Assembly: GCF_009914755.1 (NCBI RefSeq)
Contig: NC_060925.1
DNA from: the human T2T-CHM13v2.0 reference genome, Homo sapiens
Direction: 5' to 3' (one strand)
Length of the DNA: 64,000 nt
Within the stretch, counting starts at the first letter, position 1; each line of letters starts with the position of its first letter. Below the pieces are notes generated by a model. The model was not told where the DNA came from and ran no database searches. It saw only the letters and a program-made list of their open reading frames with translations. The translations under genes were made by a program, and so were the position numbers. Below, one piece after another: positions 56,579 to 64,000 of this stretch.

Positions 56579-56885
56579 TTTTTTTTTTCTTTTTTTTTTT
56601 TGAGACAGAGTCTTGTTCTGTCACCCAGGCTGGAGTGCAATGGCACTATCATGGCTGACTACAGCCTCAACCTTCCAGGCTCAAGTGTTCCTCCTGTTTC
56701 GGCCTCCTGAGTAGGTGGGACTACAGGCATGTGCCACCACACCTGGCTAATTTTTTTTTATTTTTAGTAGAGACGATGTATTGCTACATTGCTCAGGCTG
56801 GTCTCAAACTCTTGAGCTCAAGTAATCCTCCCACCTTGGCCTTCTAAAGTGCTGGGATTACAGGTATGAGCCACCATGCCTGGCC
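56579..56885 (-). mobile_element. AluJ inserted into a MIR
   Basis: Antisense Alu; TSD ccagaactcagtct at 56551-56564 and 56885-56898. Confidence 0.92.
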
Positions 56886-57924
56886 CAGAACTCAGTCTTT
56901 TAACTACTACCCAATAAAGTCTCTCTATGGCTTATCTTCAAATCTGCTCCAGTCACTGCCAGGGGCATTTTCTGGTGTTGAGCCATCCTCACAGTTTAAA
57001 TCTCTATTCTCTGCTAGAAAGTACCACCTAGACTTTCTCCTGGTCCCTCAGACTCAACAAATCCCAAAGTGAACCTGCCTCTCCATTTATCTTCCTTGAT
57101 TTTTGCTTATGGTACTATACCATCTTTTTAGTTGTTCAGGCTGGAGACCTCTAAGTCACCTCTGAAAACTTCCTATCCTCCCGCAACCTTGACACAGCCA
57201 ATTATTAAATCCCACTGATCCTTCCTTCTTCCTGATTCTGTTGTCTTCTCTTCATCCCAAATTGTTGCCATCTTAGTACTGTCTCCCACAGCCTGTTTAA
57301 TTTTCTAGTGCAATAGTCATATCTGGTCTCCCTTTTCCAGGCTTTCACTACTTTAATCCTTCCTAATCAGAATAATCAACAGTGTTGAGAAGTGGGGAAA
57401 AGGCAGAAATGTAGAATCAAAAGACCTAGGTGAAGCCACTGCTCTGCAACTTAGCTAGGTCAATTTGTATAAGCCGCTTGGCAGCTCTAAGTTCAATCTT
57501 TCATTTTTAACATAGGGCCTAATACCTACCAACAAACTAGCATTATAAATGGTTTTATGAGGGCAAGAATTCTGTCCTCAATTAGTGGACGTATAGTAGT
57601 AAAGAATTCTGTGGAGCACTATGCATAGAATATACTCATTTTTCCATGTATAGTTCTTCATAGAAGTATTCACTACCATGTCCCAAATGTATTGTGCATA
57701 ACAGGTGCTCAAAAATATCTGTTGGATTAATGCGTAGAAAACTCTTCCATATTTTTTCATCTCTTATTTTATTTCCCTTTATACCTGACCTCATAGCCTA
57801 AATTCCAATCACAGAAAACTGTATGCAATTCCCCAAACATATCATACTGATTTATATTTCTATGATTTTGTTCACATTTCTGCTGCTTGGCAAATGCCCA
57901 TTCCTTTCTTTCTGTTTTCAAAAT

Positions 57925-58205
57925 GTCTTTTTTTGCAGTATATTTAGTGTCATGTTTTTCACATTTGTGTGCTTTTTGTTAGTGATTTTCCTGTTTAAAA
58001 TGGTTCCCAATCATAGTGCTGAAGTGCTGTCTAGTGTTCCTAAGTAAAGGAGGGCTGTGATGTGCCTTGTGGAGAAAAATATGTGTGTTAGATAAGCTTC
58101 ATTCAGGCACGAGTTTTAGGACTATTAGCTATGAATTCAATGTTAATGAACCAACAGTATATATTAATGTGTCTTTACATATATGCATGTATGTGTGTGT
58201 GTATG

Positions 58206-58236
<31 letters not shown>

Positions 58237-58414
58237 TTGTGTATATACACACACTTTTTTTTTGAGGCAGGGCCTGGCTCTCTAGCCCAGGCTGGAGTGT
58301 AGTGGTGCGATCACAGCTTAATGTAGCCTCAACCTCCCAGACTGAAGTGATCCTCCCACCTCACTCTCAAGTATCTGGAACTACAGGATGCACCACCATG
58401 CCCAGCTAAGTATT

Positions 58415-58448
<34 letters not shown>

Positions 58449-58763
58449 GAGAAAGGGTCTCACTATGTTGCTCAGGCAGGTCTCAAATTCCTGGGCTCAA
58501 GCCTTCCTTCTGTCTTGGCCTCCCAAAGTGCTAGGATTACTGGTGTGAGCCACAGCACGTGGCCTAAGTAAAGTGCCTCTAAATAGAAACACACATAACA
58601 TATATAACAAAGTTATGTACCGAGTGGTTGATGAAAATGTGACGAGAGGCTCACAAGAACTTAACCCTGTATTTCCCCTAGGAACAGTGGTTGAGTATCC
58701 ACTAATTCAGTGTTTGTGGCAACATTATACAATATAACTACTGTGAATAATGGGAATCAACTG
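57925..58763. mobile_element. MER44/Tigger7-like DNA transposon with nested AluJ (~58254-58565, minus strand) and (TG)n
   Basis: 'gctgaagtgctgtctagtgttcctaag', 'tgtgttagataagcttcattcaggc', terminal 'gaataatgggaatcaactg-ta'. Confidence 0.82.
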
Positions 58764-59604
58764 TATTTCCCAGTTCTAAAACCAATAGCTCCCCACAGCC
58801 TATAGAATAATATTCTAATTTCTTAACCTCAGGTGTATTATTACAGTCTGCACCACTGATAGAGGACTTTTTATTCAGCCAAATCTGTGTATTTTTCATG
58901 TTGTATCTAGCTTGGCAGTATGTGCCTCAAGTCTGCCAGGATGATCTTCTCCTGTCGTATCTGCCCTGCCACACTTGGTTGGCCCTTATAGACAAGACTG
59001 TGTTGTAATTATCATCACACCCTTCAAAGTGTATACCTGTCATTCTTCATCTATCTATCCATCTACCTACCCACAACTCAGCGAGCCTCTACTTTGTGCT
59101 AGACCTGTGTAAGTACTGTGCCAGAAACTGAGGGTACAAAGGCAAATAAGACAGTATAGCTGCTGCCCTAAATGAACTTATACAGAGCAATTCCCAGAGG
59201 GCCCTGACATAAATGAGGTAAAAAATCTCTATGAGGAAATACGCCTGTCTCTCACACTAGGAAAAACACCATAAAGTAACTCAGGAATATTTCCAATTAT
59301 GAAAGAAATCTGCTGGTTTGGTAAAACAGAAGACAAATGTTAAACTCTAGATATTTCTAATTGAACACCACTCTCAATCTTTTGTTATTAGGCATGTAAG
59401 GCACATTGTTTGATATCTTTACTTGAAAACTGGTAGTTTCCAAACAGTTGATATTGGACAAAGATTCTTTGTCTTCTTGAAACCAAAACACTGAAAAAAA
59501 AAAAGAAAAAAAAAAGAGGAAGGAGGGAATGGGGTTGGGGAGAAAAATAATCACCATTACCATCACACCAGCTATACTATTAGATTCTTACCCTGTGTTA
59601 ATTT

Positions 59605-59715
59605 TATATATATTATATACATTATATATATTTTATATATTATATTATATATTAATACCAATATATAACATATCAATATTTTATATATATATATACACAC
59701 ACACATATATATAAA
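59605..59715. repeat. Degenerate (TA)n/(CA)n low-complexity repeat
   Basis: tatatattatatac... run. Confidence 0.85.
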
Positions 59716-60412
59716 AACTTGGGAGGTTGTGCCTGGTTTCTCCTGGACTTTGCCCATGTACCTTTTCTCCTTGCTGATTCTGCTTTGTATCCTTTTGCTC
59801 TAGGAACTCATAGCCCTGAGCATAATTATATGCTGAGTCCTACGAATCTTCCTAGGAAATCACATATATATGAATGAAACATTTTATATCGATTTTTAAA
59901 TGCTCACTACATGCCTCTGAAGCAGGTATTGCTACTTCCATTTTACCAAGAAATTAAGTAACCTAAGATCACTCAGTGAAGAGTTGATCCATTTGACTCC
60001 ACAACCTGTGTGTTTTCTTGATTCAGTCTACAATGCCTATGAAATGTGACTGAGGAGAGGTAATATTAAATAAATCATCCTTACAGTGTTGATCTGTATT
60101 TGTTTATAGTAACAAGCAAGAAAAATAAATATCAACAACTCCTCCCCTTTTTAAAGTAGCCAATTTGAAGAAAGTATTCTCCCTAGGCAGTGTGGGAAAG
60201 TGGCTGCAGGCTCAAGGACAACCGTAGGGGTTCGGAGCAGACCATTATAGAATCTGGGGCAAATTTGCATTGAACACGCTGATACTCTACAAACTAGGTG
60301 ATGGCTATCTCTAGGGATTGTGCTTCCCTCATGATGTCTTGAAAATCTCCTTTGAAAATACAGGTTGATTGGTGCTTGTTAGGATTCTTCTGAGACTACT
60401 TTTATACCCTTT

Positions 60413-61077
60413 GCTACAGGACTAAGTTATGTTCGAAGGTGGGAAGTTTCCCTGTTTATAGAGGTCCCCTTACATATCTAGCAGTAAACTCCAGAAGTGA
60501 ATTTGAGACATGAATATCTTAAAAAACAAAGTTATATATTCAGAGAAAGGTTAACACAGCAGGACTGCTACTGTTTGAGAGGCCTGCTTACAAGGTTGGC
60601 AACTAGAAACTTGGGTTTGAGAAGGGTTACCATTATTCCCAGAACTGATAAGAGTAGCTCATTATGCCTAAACTGTTTGTGCAAACAATATAGTTTATGA
60701 TGAACACTTGCTTTCCTTCTGGGAGTCTGGCATTTTGGTATATGTCTGGCAGAGTATACCTATGTGTTCAGCACCCAATAAAAGCCCTGGGCAGAGTCCC
60801 TATAAGCTTCCTTGGTTGGCAACATTTCACATGTGTTGTCTCAAATCACTGCTGGAGGTAATTAAACACGTCCTGTATGATTCCATCGAGAGGACCCTTG
60901 GAAGGTTGTGCCTGGTTTCCCCTGGACTTTGCCCATGTACCTTTTTTCTTCAATAATTTTGCTTTGTATCCTTTTGCTGTAACAACTCATAACCACAAGT
61001 GTGATTATATGCTGAGTCCTGTGAGTCTTCCCAGGAAATCACTGAACTTAGAGATAGTCTTGGGGACCCCCAACACA
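60413..61077 (+). mobile_element. ERV LTR, MER21-like (5' boundary approximate)
   Basis: 'tgtgcctggtttcccctggactttgccc...tatatgctgagtcctgtgagtc...tcttggggacccccaacaca'. Confidence 0.75.
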
Positions 61078-61774
61078 TTATATGAAAATGTTTTCTGTTT
61101 AGGGTAAAGAGCATAGACTTTGGAGGTTAGAATCCCAATTATCTCAGTTACTATGTGTGTGGTGCTGGAAATAGCACTTAATATCTCTTAGCCCCAGTTG
61201 TCTAACCTGTAAAATAGGACTACTATCTATGCTTTAGGGTTGAATGAAAATTAAATGACAGAATACTTTCTGAAATGTCTGCACAAGGTCTGGCGTGGAA
61301 CAGAACATTAGTAATTGTTAATTCCTCTGTCTAACTGAAAGCTGGAAAAGGCTGTAAAAACTGAAGAGGTCCTGAAATCAGCCATAAAAATTTCAAAGAA
61401 AACTTTCACATCGGAGATCCACCACCTCTTGGAAGGCTCAGGCCCAACTGTTCTTAAAACTAGGCAGAAAATTCTACCAACAAAAGTCACTCAAAACTTC
61501 TTGGATGTTTGGTCACATTTCCATGTAACCCTAGCTGAGAGGATTTTGCTTTGTGGAAAAAAGTAATGTTGAGAGAAGACAGAATATGCTTCCTTAGAGG
61601 AAAGTAGGAGTGAAAGTGAGATGGTGTGATGTCATCCTATACACCCAGAGGTAGGTCTAGTTGGTGAGCTGTGCTATTCTTTCCCAGCACAAGGTCTACA
61701 CATCTTAAAGCCTCACATGTCTTGAATGTACCATGTGCCATGTCTGTGTCCTCACATTACCTCACTTAATTCTT

Positions 61775-61919
61775 TATTTTTAAATTTTTATTTTTTATAG
61801 AGATGGGGGTGTCTCTCTATGTTGCCCAGGCTGGTCTTGAACTCCTGGGCCCAAGCGATCCTCCTGCCCTGGCCTCTCAAAGAGTTGAGATTATAGGTGT
61901 GAGCCACTGCACCTGGCCT
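61775..61919 (-). mobile_element. FLAM / Alu left monomer
   Basis: Antisense single arm; TSD tcacttaattctt. Confidence 0.88.
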
Positions 61920-63061
61920 TCACTTAATTCTTATATCCAGCGCAAAGGTGGTTATTATTATCTGCCTTTTACAGGTGAAAGAACCAGTTTAGTGTGGTTA
62001 TGTGACTTGCCCAAGGCCCCCCTAATAGTTGGTTCTTTGTGTTATATCATCATGCTGTCTCCCTGTCATTGCCAAGACTCAGAACACATTTTTACTGCAT
62101 TTTACTAAGGGGAATGCAATAAACAGTGGACTTTCTTCCAAGGAAGAGTCTGTTATAATGCAACTGGCAAAGTGCAAGTCACTGTCATATTAAGAATGAA
62201 GAATGTGTCTAAAAACTTATTTTTTAAAAGGCCAGAGACAGGTCAAAAGTAGTGAATTTTGGGACATGGATTAAAGAAGTTTAGCCATTACCAACTCAAA
62301 TGGCATGGCCCTCTGCCAGTTACCAAGTATTTTCATTATCACTTTTGATCTTATCATCACAATTTATCTGTGAGGACACATGACATTATCCTCACTTGAA
62401 AGATGAAGTAGCTGAAATACAGAAAAGAGAAATGATGTACTCAGAGTACCTCAGCTAACAGGTGGAAGTGCCAGCATTAGAACAAAGATCTGTCTGACTC
62501 CAAGTATACAGAGGACAGGAGAATCTATGGGCCATTTACCAAATACTTAGTCTAGGCATTGGTAACCTTTACATCCAATCATCTCTCCAATCTTCCCCTG
62601 CCTGGTGGTATTTCTATCATCTCATTTTAAAGACTACAACACCCTTAATTATTCTTCTGGCTTTGGTCTTCATTCCATGTTAATTCATCTTTCCAGGTTA
62701 ACAGTGAGATATAACAGAAAGAATCACTACCGTCACATTTAAGTGCCAGCTCTGCCACTGCTTGGCTACGTGATCTTGGTTAAAACACTTAATTTGCAGT
62801 TTCAGTTTTGAAGCTATAAAATGGAGATAATATCTGCCTGGTATAAAAGGTTTTGGACATGAGTTTGAAATCTGCTTCTTTGAGCTTTTGATTTCTTAAC
62901 TGTAAAGTAAGGATACTCCAATCTCATAGGGTTGTTGTAAGAATTCAATTACATGATACCTGTAAAGTTCCTAGCACTTTAACATATAATGGGAACATAC
63001 AAGGGGAACTCAATAAGTAGAAGAGAGCATTATTATTATTTCACAGGCTGTTTGTTAATTT

Positions 63062-64000
63062 GCATCATTCATTCATTCATTCAACAGGTATTTACTGAGC
63101 GTCAGTTAGGTTTCAGGTACTGTCCTAGGTGCCAGGAATGTATTAGTTAACAAATAAAGTTCTTGCCCTCTAAGAACTTTTATTCTAGTAGCAGGGAGAC
63201 AGTAAACAACTATATACCTATTATGTCAGATAGTGAACAGTTCAGTGGAGAAAAAGAGAGCAGGATAAGAGGAATAGGGGTTGTCAGTCTGGCAGGGTGG
63301 GGAAGGTAGGGCAGAGAGGGCAGGGAAGGAAGACTATTATTTTATATGGGTTGGTCAGCAAAGGCCTCAATAAAAAGGCAGTATTTGAGCAGCTACCTGA
63401 AGGAAGTGAGAGCATGAGCACTATCTAGAGGAAGACTATTTCAGTAGAAGAAAGTGCAAATGCAAGGCCCTGAAGTAGGAACATGTTTCATGGTGTTGTA
63501 CAAATAGCAAAGATGCCAAGGTAAATGGAAATGACTGAGTGGGAGAGGGGTCAGAGAAATGCCAGCAAGTTAGATCGAGAAAGGCCTTTCACTCTGAACT
63601 GATGGGGAGCTATTACAGGGTTCGAAAAGAGAAGTGACGTGATTTGCCTTATTAAAAAAAAATCGCTGTCTTTTTTGAAAACAAGATTGAAGGGGATCAC
63701 AGATGGAGGCAGAGGCCAGTAGGATATCATTATAATAATTTGAATAAGAGATTATAGTGGCTTCGGCTAGGGTTCAGTTGTAGAGGTAGTGAGAAGTAGA
63801 TTCTGGGTATACTTTGAAAGTAAAACCAACAGATTTTGCTTATGAGTTGGAGAAAGGAGAGAAAGAGGAGTCAAGGATAACAGTAAGGTTTCTTGCCTGA
63901 ACAAAAAGAATGAAGCTGCCATTTAATCAGATAAGGAAGACTATGGGAGGAGCAGGTTTTTAGGGGACAGTAGGAATCAGGAATTAAGTTCTGACTGTTT
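63062..64000 (-). mobile_element. L2 (L2a-like)
   Basis: (ATTC)n 3' end 'cattcattcattcattcaacaggtatttactgagc' followed by the L2 body ('gagtcaaggataac', 'gtttttgcctgaac'-like). Confidence 0.85.

Overview
Human (primate) genomic DNA, recognisable as the DMRTA2 / FAF1 3' end region (chr1p32 from recollection, not looked up). Left to right: (1) a repeat-dense block of L1, Alu and MaLR elements (1-12,000) that contains a processed FCF1 pseudogene on the minus strand; (2) a ~13 kb CpG-rich domain holding the complete DMRTA2 (DMRT5) gene on the minus strand. Its spliced CDS is 19141-18583 + 17339-16270 = 1629 nt = 542 aa, with a probable non-coding exon 1 and a CCAAT/SOX promoter near 21.1 kb; (3) the terminal coding exon of FAF1 (39135-39052, minus strand, missed by the ORF track), with proximal and distal poly(A) signals; (4) FAF1 last-intron sequence full of Alu, MIR, L2, Tigger and LTR elements up to the window end. 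The most unusual observation is that the two inverted Alus downstream of the FCF1 retrocopy CDS carry about 23 strand-consistent A-to-G changes (read on the mRNA strand). This looks like ADAR A-to-I hyper-editing of the parent mRNA that was reverse-transcribed and fixed in the genome. Other leads are a spliced divergent lncRNA candidate, a DM-domain site in the DMRTA2 promoter, a strong-Kozak uORF, homeodomain-motif clusters, an inverted Alu pair in the long FAF1 3'UTR, and a perfect 16-bp hairpin. All comparisons were made by eye against remembered consensus or protein sequences.
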